This document shows positions 25,838 through 36,147 of a stretch of 53,531 bases of DNA, piece after piece; position 1 is the first letter of the stretch, and every line of letters begins with the position of its first letter. The DNA lies in IMG/VR virus record IMGVR_UViG_3300025141_000131, positions 1 through 53,531 of that record. The stretch is one strand, 5' to 3'. The stretch comes from a virus. Taxonomy: Duplodnaviria > Caudoviricetes. The notes beneath the pieces are model-generated. The model saw only the letters and a list, made by a program, of their open reading frames with translations, was not told where the DNA came from and did no database searches. The position numbers were made by a program, and so were the translations under genes.

Positions 25838-28047
25838 TGTATCAACAAGAATTATATAAAATAATACCCGATTATATTAAACCTAAAGTTCTTAAAAGAA
25901 TGAATAGGTATAATAAATGGGAGTATGGATACAATGAAGAACATGATATTATAGTTATCAGTAAAACTGGTAAAATAGGTGAAGTATATGAAATACAAAA
26001 CCTTAAAATAGCTTTACCTAAAGAAGAAAAAGTTCACAAATTTGAAAACGATAGATGGACTAAAACTGAATACCCTAAACCATTAAGTAGAATAAAAACC
26101 GTATTTCATTGGAGAGAATATCCAGAGGATTTTAAAGAAAAATGGTTTGAATATATTGATGAAGAATTTAAAAGACGTGAAGAAGGGTTTTGGTTTTATA
26201 GTAAAGGTAAAAAAACTTATTTAACAGGCACACACTATATGTACTTGCAATGGTCTAAAATTGATGTAGGACCACCAGATTTTAGAGAAGCAAATAGATT
26301 GTTCTTTATATTCTGGGAAGCTTGCAAAGCAGATACACGATGCTACGGTATGTGTTATCTTAAAAACAGACGTTCGGGATTTTCTTTTATGGCTTCAGGT
26401 GAAGCTGTAAATATGGCAACTATCTCAAGTGATGCAAGATTTGGTATATTGTCTAAAACCGGACCAGATGCTAAAAAGATGTTTACTGACAAGGTTGTAC
26501 CTATATCAGTAAATTATCCTTTCTTTTTTAAACCGATTCAAGATGGTATGGATCGACCTAAAACAGAATTAGCTTATAGAGTACCTGCATCTAAATTTAC
26601 TAGAAGAAGTATAGAGGCGGGAAATGATCTTGCAGAATTAGAAGGATTAGATACAACTATTGACTGGAAGAATACTGGAGATAATAGTTATGATGGTGAA
26701 AAATTAAAACTATTAGTACATGATGAGTCTGGAAAGTGGGAGAGACCTAACAATATATTAAATAACTGGAGGGTTACAAAAACAACATTAAGACTTGGTA
26801 GTAGAATTATTGGTAAATGTATGATGGGATCTACTAGTAATGCTTTAGATAAAGGAGGTAGAAATTTTAAAAAATTATACGATGACTCAGATGTTACAAA
26901 GAGAAACGCCAATGGACAGACTCGCTCAGGATTATATAGTTTGTTCATACCTATGGAATGGAACTACGAGGGATACATTGATGCTTATGGCGTACCTGTA
27001 TTCGAGACCCCAAAACAAAATGTTAAAGGACCACACGGAGTTAATATTAAAATAGGCGTAATAGAATATTGGGACAATGAAGTTGAAGGATTAAAAGATG
27101 ATCAAGATGGTTTAAATGAATTTTATAGACAATTCCCAAGAACTACTAAACACGCTTTCAGAGACGAATCTAAAGAATCTCTATTTAATTTAACTAAAAT
27201 ATATCAACAAATAGATTATAACGAAGATATTAAAACCTCCTTAAATATAACTAAAGGAAGTTTTATGTGGGAGAATGGAGAGCAAGACACTAAAGTTATA
27301 TTTATGCCTAATACACAGGGTAGGTTTATAGTTACTTGGGTTCCAGAAATAAATCTACAAAACCGTAGATATATGAAACATGGAGTTAATTACCCAGGTA
27401 ATGAACACATGGGTGCTTTCGGATGTGATCCATATGATATATCCGGAACAGTTGATCAAAGAGGATCTAACGGATCTTTACATGGTTTAACAAAGTTTAG
27501 TATGGAAAATCATCCACCAAACCATTTCTTTTTAGAATATATAGCACGTCCTCAAACAGCTGAAATATTCTTTGAAGATGTTTTAATGGCTTGTGTTTTT
27601 TACGGAATGCCAATACTAGCAGAAAATAATAAACCTAGACTTTTATATTATTTTAAAAGAAGAGGTTATAGAGGGTTTGCAATGAATAGACCCGACAAAA
27701 GAAGAAATAAATTATCAGTTACAGAAAGAGAAATAGGTGGAATACCTAACTCAAGTGAAGATATTAAGCAAGCACACGCTTCTGCTATTGAAACATATAT
27801 TGAACATTTCGTGGGATTAAAAGAAACAGGATATGGAGATATGTATTTACAAAGAACGCTAGAAGATTGGGCTAGATTTAATATTAATAATAGAACAACA
27901 CATGATGCTTCTATTAGTTCAGGTCTTGCTTTAATGGCGTGTAATAAACATAGATACGCCCCAAGTAAACCTATAGTTGTAGAATCTGTAGATTTAGGGA
28001 TAACAAGATATGATAATAGAGGAAATACATCAAAAATTATAAGTTAA
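25837..28047 (+). CDS. terL: terminase large subunit
   Basis: Walker A-like LKNRRSGFS, Walker B LLVHDESGKW, coupling motif GST, nuclease GCDPYD, ILAENN, HDASI. Confidence 0.88.
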   Translation: MYQQELYKIIPDYIKPKVLKRMNRYNKWEYGYNEEHDIIVISKTGKIGEVYEIQNLKIALPKEEKVHKFENDRWTKTEYPKPLSRIKTVFHWREYPEDFKEKWFEYIDEEFKRREEGFWFYSKGKKTYLTGTHYMYLQWSKIDVGPPDFREANRLFFIFWEACKADTRCYGMCYLKNRRSGFSFMASGEAVNMATISSDARFGILSKTGPDAKKMFTDKVVPISVNYPFFFKPIQDGMDRPKTELAYRVPASKFTRRSIEAGNDLAELEGLDTTIDWKNTGDNSYDGEKLKLLVHDESGKWERPNNILNNWRVTKTTLRLGSRIIGKCMMGSTSNALDKGGRNFKKLYDDSDVTKRNANGQTRSGLYSLFIPMEWNYEGYIDAYGVPVFETPKQNVKGPHGVNIKIGVIEYWDNEVEGLKDDQDGLNEFYRQFPRTTKHAFRDESKESLFNLTKIYQQIDYNEDIKTSLNITKGSFMWENGEQDTKVIFMPNTQGRFIVTWVPEINLQNRRYMKHGVNYPGNEHMGAFGCDPYDISGTVDQRGSNGSLHGLTKFSMENHPPNHFFLEYIARPQTAEIFFEDVLMACVFYGMPILAENNKPRLLYYFKRRGYRGFAMNRPDKRRNKLSVTEREIGGIPNSSEDIKQAHASAIETYIEHFVGLKETGYGDMYLQRTLEDWARFNINNRTTHDASISSGLALMACNKHRYAPSKPIVVESVDLGITRYDNRGNTSKIIS

Positions 28048-30435
28048 ATGAATATATACACTAACACCAACAGCGTTTTTCCTAGTCAAGTAGTAAGCGA
28101 TGCTGAAAAAGCTACTTGGGAATACGGCGAGCAAGTTGCTCAAGCAATAGAACAAGAGTGGTTTCGTAACGGAAGGACTAATGGTAATAGATATTTAACT
28201 AGTTGGAATAATTTTCACCAACTAAGATTGTATGCTAGAGGCGAACAATCTATACAAAAATACAAAGATGAATTAGCTATTAATGGTGATTTATCATACC
28301 TTAATTTAGACTGGAAACCTGTTCCTATCTTATCTAAATTTGTAGATATTGTAGTTAATGGTGTATCTAATAAAACTTATGATATAAAAGCTTATGCTCA
28401 AGATCCTGATTCTATAAAGAAAAGAACAGAATATGCTTCTAAAATTTATGAAGATATGCTTTCTCTTCCTTATTTAGAATTAATAAAAAATACTTTAGGA
28501 ATAGATTTATATCAAAGTCCTGATTTAGATATAATTCCAGAAACTAAAGAAGAATTAGAATTACACATGCAATTATCTTATAAACAATCTATAGAAATTG
28601 CAGAAGAAGAAGCTATATCTAGTGTTTTAGCTCAAAACAAATACGATCTTATTAGAAGAAGATTAAACATGGACTTAACAGTCTGTGGTATTGCTGCAGC
28701 TAAAACTAATTTTAATACAGCTGAAGGAGTTACTGTTGATTATGTAGATCCAGCTTATTTAGTATATTCTTATACAGAAGATCCAAATTTTGAAGATATA
28801 TATTACGTAGGAGAATTAAAAGCTATAACTATACCAGAACTTAAAAAAGAATTTCCTAATATATCTAAAGAAGAACTAGAAAGAATACAAGCAATGCCTG
28901 GTAATAGATCTTATATTACAGGTTGGGGAGATTATGATGAAAATACAGTACAGGTTTTATATTTTGATTATAAAACTTATCATAATCAAGTATTTAAAAT
29001 AAAACAAACTGATCAAGGTTTAATTAAAGCTATAGAAAAACCAGATACTTTTAACCCACCAGAAAATGATAATTTTGAAAGAGTATCAAGATCTATAGAA
29101 GTTTTATATAGTGGAGCTAAAGTATTAGGAACTAACACAATGTTGAAGTGGGATTTAGCAGAAAATATGTCTAGACCTATGGCTGATACTACTAAGGTTA
29201 GAATGAATTATAGTATTTGTGCTCCTAGAATATATAAAGGTAGAATTGAATCTGTAGTAAGTAAATGTATAGGTTTTGCTGATATGATTCAATTAACTCA
29301 TTTAAAATTACAACAAGTAATTTCAAGATTAGTTCCAGATGGTGTATATTTAGATATGGATGGTTTGGCAGAAGTTGATTTAGGAAATGGTACTAATTAT
29401 AATCCAGCAGAAGCATTGAATATGTATTTCCAAACTGGTAGTATAGTTGGTAGATCACTTACTCAAGAAGGAGATATGAATCCAGGAAAAGTTCCTATTC
29501 AAGAACTTAATTCTTCAGCAGGTGGAGCGAAAATACAAAGTTTAATTCAAACATATCAATATTATTTACAAATGATAAGAGATGTGACCGGATTAAATGA
29601 AGCTAGAGATGGAAGTACTCCAGATAGAAATACACTAGTAGGATTACAAAAGATAGCAGCTAATGCTTCTAATGTAGCAACTAGACATATCGTACAATCT
29701 AGTTTATATTTAACATTACAATTAGCTGAAAATATAGGGTTAAAAATAGCTGATGCTTTAGAGTTTCCATTAACGAAGGCATCGTTACAAAATTCTATAT
29801 CTACTTTTAATATTAAAACATTAGAAGAAATTGTTAATCTTAATCTGCATGATTTTGGTATATTCTTAGAATTAGAACCAGATGAAGAAGAACAAGCTAA
29901 ATTAGAAGAGAACATTCAAGTAGCTTTACAGGCTCAAGGTATTGATTTAGAAGATGCTATTGATTTAAGACAAATCAAAAATCTTAAATTAGCTAATCAA
30001 ATGCTTAAAATTAAACGTAAAGCTAAAGGTGAACAAGACCAAGCTAATCAACAAGCTAATATTCAAGCACAAGCTCAAGCGCAAGCAGAGACTGCAGAAA
30101 AAACAGCTATGGCTGAAGTACAAAAACAACAAGCTATTAGTGGTGCAAATGTAGAATATGAAAAAGCTAAGAGTGAGTTTGAGAAAGATCGTATGCAATT
30201 ACAAGCACAATTAGATCAACAAAAATTAATGGCAGAGCATCAAAATGCTATGGAATTAAAAGGAATGGAACGTCAAGCTACACAAGAAAAAGAAGCTTTG
30301 ATAGAAGATAGAAAAGATAAAAGAATAAAAATGGAAGGTACTCAACAGAGTAAAATGATCCAACAAAGACAAACCGATAGCCCTGCTATTGATTTTGAAG
30401 CAGAAAGCGGTTTGAATATGGCCCCTTTCATGTAA
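28048..30435 (+). CDS. portal protein
   Basis: Follows terL; 795 aa; IRDVTGLNEARDG motif; Gln-rich C-terminal coiled-coil barrel. Confidence 0.82.
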   Translation: MNIYTNTNSVFPSQVVSDAEKATWEYGEQVAQAIEQEWFRNGRTNGNRYLTSWNNFHQLRLYARGEQSIQKYKDELAINGDLSYLNLDWKPVPILSKFVDIVVNGVSNKTYDIKAYAQDPDSIKKRTEYASKIYEDMLSLPYLELIKNTLGIDLYQSPDLDIIPETKEELELHMQLSYKQSIEIAEEEAISSVLAQNKYDLIRRRLNMDLTVCGIAAAKTNFNTAEGVTVDYVDPAYLVYSYTEDPNFEDIYYVGELKAITIPELKKEFPNISKEELERIQAMPGNRSYITGWGDYDENTVQVLYFDYKTYHNQVFKIKQTDQGLIKAIEKPDTFNPPENDNFERVSRSIEVLYSGAKVLGTNTMLKWDLAENMSRPMADTTKVRMNYSICAPRIYKGRIESVVSKCIGFADMIQLTHLKLQQVISRLVPDGVYLDMDGLAEVDLGNGTNYNPAEALNMYFQTGSIVGRSLTQEGDMNPGKVPIQELNSSAGGAKIQSLIQTYQYYLQMIRDVTGLNEARDGSTPDRNTLVGLQKIAANASNVATRHIVQSSLYLTLQLAENIGLKIADALEFPLTKASLQNSISTFNIKTLEEIVNLNLHDFGIFLELEPDEEEQAKLEENIQVALQAQGIDLEDAIDLRQIKNLKLANQMLKIKRKAKGEQDQANQQANIQAQAQAQAETAEKTAMAEVQKQQAISGANVEYEKAKSEFEKDRMQLQAQLDQQKLMAEHQNAMELKGMERQATQEKEALIEDRKDKRIKMEGTQQSKMIQQRQTDSPAIDFEAESGLNMAPFM

Positions 30436-30464
30436 AACAGTTAATTATTTAATTATATTATATT

Positions 30465-31700
30465 ATGTCAGAAACAAAAACAACTTCTCAAGAGGAAGTA
30501 AAACAAGAAGGTGACTTTAAATTAAAGTCAAAAAAGAAAACTCCTAAAAAATTAGGAGAAAAAAAAGATAATGTTACTAAAGTAACTATTAATCCAAAAG
30601 AACCTTTAATTGAGGTTCCTAATAATGTTACGAAAGTAACTATTCCTAAGGAAGAACTAAAAAACGAAGATAATGCCATTCAAATCGGAGAAACAGAGAA
30701 AGTACCTGTGGGCAAACCATCCGGAGATAGCCCAAAGGTGGGAGAACCTGTACAAAAGTCCAACGAGACTTCTGAAGGGTTTTCTCCAATCAGCGAAGTT
30801 ACAGAAGAAGAAGTAAAACAAGTTGAAAAAGAGGTTAAAGAAGCTGTTAGAGATGAAAAAGTATTAGGTAAAGCTTTACCAGAAAACATCGAAAAATTAG
30901 TTAACTTCATGGAAGAAACTGGTGGTACTATAGAAGATTACACTAGATTAAACGCGGATTATTCTAAAGTAAACGAAGAAGCATTATTAAAAGAATATTA
31001 TAAAAAATCTAAACCACATCTTAATGATGAGGAAGTAGGTTTTGTAATGGAAGAAAACTTCTATTATGATGAAGAAGTTGACGAAGAGCGTGACGTCAAA
31101 AGAAAAAAACTCGCTAAAAAAGAAGCAATTGCAGAAGCCAAAAACTATTTGGAGGACTTGAAACAAAAATATTACGACGAGATCAAGTTGAGACCGGGTG
31201 TTACTCAAGAACAACAAAAAGCTATGGAATTCTTTAATCGCTATAATGAGCAACAAGAATTTGCTGAGCAACAACATACTACATTTAAACAAAAGACTAA
31301 AGAGTTATTTTCTGAAGATTTCAAAGGTTTTGATTTTTCAGTTGGAGATAAAAAATACAAGTACAATGTTCAAAATCGTGATGCTGTTGTGGAGAATCAA
31401 TCAAACATTAGCAATCTAATCGGGAAGTTCCTAGATGGAGAAGGCAATATAACAGACCCGATTGGTTATCATAAAGCTATTTATGCTGCTGAAAATGTAG
31501 ATCAAATCGCCAGTCATTTTTATGAACAAGGCAAAGCAGACGCTGTAAAAGATGTAGTAAAAACGTCTAAAAATCTTTCTGATGTGAAAGCAAGAGAAGG
31601 AAACACAGGTGAAGTTTTTGTCGGAGGTTTAAAAGTAAAATCGATTAGTGGTTCAGATTCTACAAAATTGAAAATCAAAAAACGAAAATTTAACAATTAA
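30465..31700 (+). CDS. capsid scaffolding protein
   Basis: E/K-rich and helical; located between portal and capsid; FYEQGKADA. Confidence 0.65.
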   Translation: MSETKTTSQEEVKQEGDFKLKSKKKTPKKLGEKKDNVTKVTINPKEPLIEVPNNVTKVTIPKEELKNEDNAIQIGETEKVPVGKPSGDSPKVGEPVQKSNETSEGFSPISEVTEEEVKQVEKEVKEAVRDEKVLGKALPENIEKLVNFMEETGGTIEDYTRLNADYSKVNEEALLKEYYKKSKPHLNDEEVGFVMEENFYYDEEVDEERDVKRKKLAKKEAIAEAKNYLEDLKQKYYDEIKLRPGVTQEQQKAMEFFNRYNEQQEFAEQQHTTFKQKTKELFSEDFKGFDFSVGDKKYKYNVQNRDAVVENQSNISNLIGKFLDGEGNITDPIGYHKAIYAAENVDQIASHFYEQGKADAVKDVVKTSKNLSDVKAREGNTGEVFVGGLKVKSISGSDSTKLKIKKRKFNN

Positions 31701-31712
31701 AATTAACAAATT

Positions 31713-33182
31713 ATGAGTTTAACTCCACAATTTGGAAGTATTACTCCGTCACAGATTCAAACTCCTAGCCCTTCAAATTATTTAGTATTTGATGGTGCTG
31801 CAGGAGCAGGGGATTTTGCGCAGCAATACTTACCAGAAATTTACGAACAAGAAGTAGAGCGTTATGGAAACAGAACGTTATCTGGCTTTTTGAGAATGGT
31901 TGGGGCAGAAATGCCTATGACCTCTGACCAAGTAATCTGGTCTGAACAAAATAGATTACACATAGCTTATGATGGTTGTACTCAAGCCGCTGGTGGTGGT
32001 GTTGGAAGTAATCCTTCTACCGTTACCGTTGCAGGTGCAGATAGTAACGTTATATCAGTAAATGATACAGTTGTAATTCTAGACCCAAATAACGGTTTAG
32101 AAGCAAAAGCAATAGTTGTTCAAACTACTGCTGGTGCTGGTGGTAACGTTGTAGTACAATGTCTTAATCCAAACACGACTTTAACAGCTCAAGGATTTAG
32201 TGTAGCTGCTGGAGCAATTAAAATGTTTGTGTACGGTTCTGATTATACAAAAGGAACAACACTTGCAGGTGCTTTAGCTGGAACTAACTCTGCCGTTAGG
32301 TTAAGTGTAGACCCTTCTTTCACACAATATTCTAACTCACCAGTTATAATTAGAAGTCAGTACGTTGTTACTGGATCTGATATGGCTCAAATCGGTTGGG
32401 TTGAAGTTGCTACTGAAGATGGTGCTTCTGGATACCTTTGGTATTTAAAAGCTGAGTCTGAAACTAGATTAAGATTCGAAGATTACTTAGAAATGGCAAT
32501 GGTTGAAGGTGAAACTAACGCAAACGCTGCGGGTGGTACTGCTCCTTATCAAACAGCTGCTTTACCAGGTACTGAAGGTTTATTTGCTGCTATCAACGCT
32601 AGAGGAAATGTAGAAGTAGGATTTACTGCTGCTGCTGGACTTGATGAGTTTGATGCAATTCTTAAAAACCTAGATACTCAGGGTGCTATTGAAGAAAACA
32701 TGCTTTTCTTACAAAGACAAACTGCTTTAGATTTTGATGATATGCTAGCTGGTGTATCTGCAGGATTTAATGGAGGTGTTGCTTTTGGATTATTTGAAAA
32801 TTCAGAAGAAATGGCGCTTAATCTTGGATTCTCTGGATTCAGAAGAGGTTCTTATGACTTCTATAAAACTGATTGGAAATACTTAAACGACGCTTCTACA
32901 AGAGGTGGTATCGTTGGTATCAATTCAATTGAAGGTGTATTAGTTCCTGCTGGAACGAGCACAGTTTATGATCAAATTTTAGGAACTAACATCCGTAGAC
33001 CTTTCTTACATGTAAGATATAGAGCGTCTGAAGGTGATGATAGAAGAATGAAATCTTGGTTAACTGGTTCTGCTGGTGGTGCTTTCACATCTACTCTTGA
33101 TGCAATGGAAGTTAACTTCCTTTCAGAAAGATGTTTAGTGACGCAAGCTGCTAACAACTTTGTATTATTCAAAGGAATCTAA
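31713..33182 (+). CDS. major capsid protein
   Basis: 489 aa; position; QQYLPE..E.EVERYGNR; followed by a strong hairpin. Confidence 0.82.
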   Translation: MSLTPQFGSITPSQIQTPSPSNYLVFDGAAGAGDFAQQYLPEIYEQEVERYGNRTLSGFLRMVGAEMPMTSDQVIWSEQNRLHIAYDGCTQAAGGGVGSNPSTVTVAGADSNVISVNDTVVILDPNNGLEAKAIVVQTTAGAGGNVVVQCLNPNTTLTAQGFSVAAGAIKMFVYGSDYTKGTTLAGALAGTNSAVRLSVDPSFTQYSNSPVIIRSQYVVTGSDMAQIGWVEVATEDGASGYLWYLKAESETRLRFEDYLEMAMVEGETNANAAGGTAPYQTAALPGTEGLFAAINARGNVEVGFTAAAGLDEFDAILKNLDTQGAIEENMLFLQRQTALDFDDMLAGVSAGFNGGVAFGLFENSEEMALNLGFSGFRRGSYDFYKTDWKYLNDASTRGGIVGINSIEGVLVPAGTSTVYDQILGTNIRRPFLHVRYRASEGDDRRMKSWLTGSAGGAFTSTLDAMEVNFLSERCLVTQAANNFVLFKGI

Positions 33183-33196
33183 ATGATTCAACAAAT

Positions 33197-33241
33197 GTAA
33201 TTCTTACCCTCGTTATATTGACGGGGGTAATTATTACTTTT
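33197..33241 (+). terminator. intrinsic terminator after the capsid gene
   Basis: TTACCCTCGTTA/TGACGGGGGTAA stem extended by GTAAT/ATTAC, then TTTT. Confidence 0.7.
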
Positions 33242-33266
33242 ATAAACTATTTAATTATATTATATT

Positions 33267-34088
33267 ATGGCAAAAAATGAAAAAGCTTTTGTTGAAGAAA
33301 CAGAAGCAATGGTAGAAAAACCAAAAGTAAAAAAACAACCAGTTAAAAAAGATAGCTGGGAAATAAAAGATAGAATTTATTTTTTAAAAACAAAAGATAA
33401 TCCATTAACTTTAACTATACCAGGAAAACATACTAAAAAACATTCTTTATTATGGTTTGATCCTGAAAGTGGTAAACAAAGAGAACTTAGATATGCAACC
33501 AATCAAGACTCTCCATTAGCTGATGAGCAAAAAGGAGAAGCAACTATGGGTCATATTATGTTTAAAGATGGGGAATTAAGAGTTCCAAAAGAAAAGACTA
33601 ATTTACAAAAATTACTTTCTTTATATCACCCTTTAAAAGATAGAATTTATTATGAATTTAGTGCAGTAGCAGTAGCTAACACTGAATTAGACGAATTAGA
33701 AATAGAAATTGACGCTTTAAATGCAGCTAGAACTATAGACATAGATCACGCTGAAGCTATATTAAGAGTTGAAAAAGGATCAAGTGTAGATAGCATGGCC
33801 TCTAAAGAAATAAAAAGAGACTTATTGTTGTTCGCAAAATCTAATCCTAAAATGTTCTTAGCATTAATACAAGATGAGAACGTACAACTAAGGAATACAG
33901 CTATTAAAGCAACTGAGGCGGGGATAATAAGATTATCTCAAGACCAAAGAACTTTTACATGGGGATCAAATAATAGAAAATTAATGAATGTACCATTTGA
34001 TGAAAACCCATATTCTGCATTTGCGGCTTTCTTAAAAACTGACGAAGGTGTAGAAATCTATAAATCTATAGATAAAAAACTTAAATAA
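33267..34088 (+). CDS. conserved-type protein downstream of the capsid gene
   Basis: 273-aa ORF; RELRYATNQ. Confidence 0.7.
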   Translation: MAKNEKAFVEETEAMVEKPKVKKQPVKKDSWEIKDRIYFLKTKDNPLTLTIPGKHTKKHSLLWFDPESGKQRELRYATNQDSPLADEQKGEATMGHIMFKDGELRVPKEKTNLQKLLSLYHPLKDRIYYEFSAVAVANTELDELEIEIDALNAARTIDIDHAEAILRVEKGSSVDSMASKEIKRDLLLFAKSNPKMFLALIQDENVQLRNTAIKATEAGIIRLSQDQRTFTWGSNNRKLMNVPFDENPYSAFAAFLKTDEGVEIYKSIDKKLK

Positions 34089-34100
34089 CAAGTAATAATA

Positions 34101-34130
34101 ATATAGGGGTGACATACGTCACCTCTGTAT
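34101..34130 (+). other. intergenic hairpin (terminator or 5' stabiliser)
   Basis: ATATAGGGGTGAC-ATAC-GTCACCTCTGTAT; no clear U tract. Confidence 0.55.
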
Positions 34131-34146
34131 TATAATAAAAAATATA

Positions 34147-34905
34147 ATGGCGGTAAATATAAATACAGTATATACAACAGTCTTGTACATATTAAACAAA
34201 GAACAAAGAGGATATATTAACCCCGGAGAGTTTAATAGTTTAGCTACACAAGTACAAGAAGAAATATTTGAATCATATTTTCCAGATGGCAATCAATTAA
34301 ACCGTGCCAATCAACAAAACATGCAAAATGATACAGAGTTTTTTAACGTGTTTAAAAACAACGCTTATAAACTATATCCTTTTGAAAGTAGTCAAGCTTT
34401 TACTTATAATGTAGACAATGATGCGTGGCGTTTTAGCGGTAGCGGTTCATTATATAATATAGGTGAAATTACATCTATCTACAATACTACTAATCCTAGA
34501 TATGATTCTATGACTGAATTAGTAAGTAAAAAAGAGTATACTACTATAAGTAAATCTAAACTAACTACTCCTACAAGTCAATATCCTTTGGCTTATATAA
34601 CCAATGCAACAATAGCTCCTGCGACTTCTCCAGAGGTTTTATTAAAAATATCTCCTAAACCAGATAGTGTATCAGCTAATTGTGTACTAAAACCTACATC
34701 TCCAGTATGGGGATTCAATGTTGGTACGTTAGGACAATACACTTATACTAGTGGAACTTCTACTGATTTTCAATTAGATACATCAGAACAAGCTAATATT
34801 ATCACAAAAATTTTAAAATATGCAGGGGTTATTATAAATGATCCTACTGTTATACAAACTGCTACAGCTGAAGCACAAAAAGTAGAAGTAAACGAAAAAT
34901 CTTAA
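34147..34905 (+). CDS. putative head-tail adaptor/ring protein
   Basis: NKEQRGYINPGEFN; position in the structural module. Confidence 0.6.
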   Translation: MAVNINTVYTTVLYILNKEQRGYINPGEFNSLATQVQEEIFESYFPDGNQLNRANQQNMQNDTEFFNVFKNNAYKLYPFESSQAFTYNVDNDAWRFSGSGSLYNIGEITSIYNTTNPRYDSMTELVSKKEYTTISKSKLTTPTSQYPLAYITNATIAPATSPEVLLKISPKPDSVSANCVLKPTSPVWGFNVGTLGQYTYTSGTSTDFQLDTSEQANIITKILKYAGVIINDPTVIQTATAEAQKVEVNEKS

Positions 34906-34911
34906 TAAAAA

Positions 34912-36141
34912 ATGTCAAGAATAACAGAAACTAATCAACAATATTATCAAGGCTCACAAGGCTTTAGAGGAGATGCGGGAAACACAGCTGGCCAAGCTTT
35001 TACTACTACTTTTAATACAGCTTTAGTTTTTGGAAGTTATGATCCTACTGAAGAAAATTATGCTCTAAATAATTTTAAATTATATACTAGTACAACAGGT
35101 TTTCCTGGTAGTTGGAGTGAATACACCGCGGCGTATACAGTTACTAACAACACTATAACTATTACTGGTAATCCTGGAATTGATATTTATATTATAGTTC
35201 AACTTAAAACATTAGATGGTGGAATGTATGGAGATACTCCTGCTGAAGAAGCTATTGGACAAGCTGTAGAAGATAACTATGGGGGTTACCAATATCTTAA
35301 ATTAGGAGATATAATTGATAATTACATGGTTGGTTATGTAGGAGATGGAAAACTAATACAAACAGTAAAAAAATCTGATGTAGTATTTTGGGCAAAAAGA
35401 TCACTACAAGAGTTTAGTTATGATACTTTAAAAAGTATTAAATCTCAAGAATTAAATATTCCAGAAAGTTTATCTCTAGTTATTCCGCAAGATTATGTTA
35501 ATTATGTTAACTTATCTTGGATAGATGCTATGGGTGTTAAACGTAGAATGTTACCTGTTAACGAATTAACTACTAATCCCTATTCTACTCCTTTACAAGA
35601 TGACAAAGGAATACCTACACAAGATAATTTTGGTGAAGACTTAGAAGGAACTTCTCTTACTGAAGAAAGATGGCAGGAAGCAAATGTTAGATTATTAAAT
35701 GGTACATGGAATCAGTGGGATAGCTGGTACGAATACGCTGTATCAGTTTATGGATTAAATGGTCCATGGAATTGGGGACAATTATATGGGTTAGATACTA
35801 AATATGCTAATAGAAATGGATGGTTTGGAGTAAATGAAAGAGAAGGTAAATTTACTTTTTCTAGTAATTTAGCTAATAAACTTATGATATTAGAATACGT
35901 GTCAGATGGTTTAGCATATGACTTAGACACTAGAGTTCCTAAAATGGCTGAAGAGGCTATGTATAAAAGTATTTCTTATAATATCTTAGCTACTAGAGCA
36001 AACGTTCAAGAATTTATAGTACAAAGATATAAAAAAGATAGATATGCTGCATTAAGAAATGCAAAAATAAGATTATCAGAGATTAAACTTGGAGAATTTA
36101 TTCAAGTAATGAGAGGCAAGTCTAAATGGATTAAACACTAA
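34912..36141 (+). CDS. putative tail ring/tubular protein
   Basis: PQDYVNYV, LEYVSDG, LRNAKIRLS; position. Confidence 0.6.
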   Translation: MSRITETNQQYYQGSQGFRGDAGNTAGQAFTTTFNTALVFGSYDPTEENYALNNFKLYTSTTGFPGSWSEYTAAYTVTNNTITITGNPGIDIYIIVQLKTLDGGMYGDTPAEEAIGQAVEDNYGGYQYLKLGDIIDNYMVGYVGDGKLIQTVKKSDVVFWAKRSLQEFSYDTLKSIKSQELNIPESLSLVIPQDYVNYVNLSWIDAMGVKRRMLPVNELTTNPYSTPLQDDKGIPTQDNFGEDLEGTSLTEERWQEANVRLLNGTWNQWDSWYEYAVSVYGLNGPWNWGQLYGLDTKYANRNGWFGVNEREGKFTFSSNLANKLMILEYVSDGLAYDLDTRVPKMAEEAMYKSISYNILATRANVQEFIVQRYKKDRYAALRNAKIRLSEIKLGEFIQVMRGKSKWIKH

Positions 36142-36147
36142 AATTTA

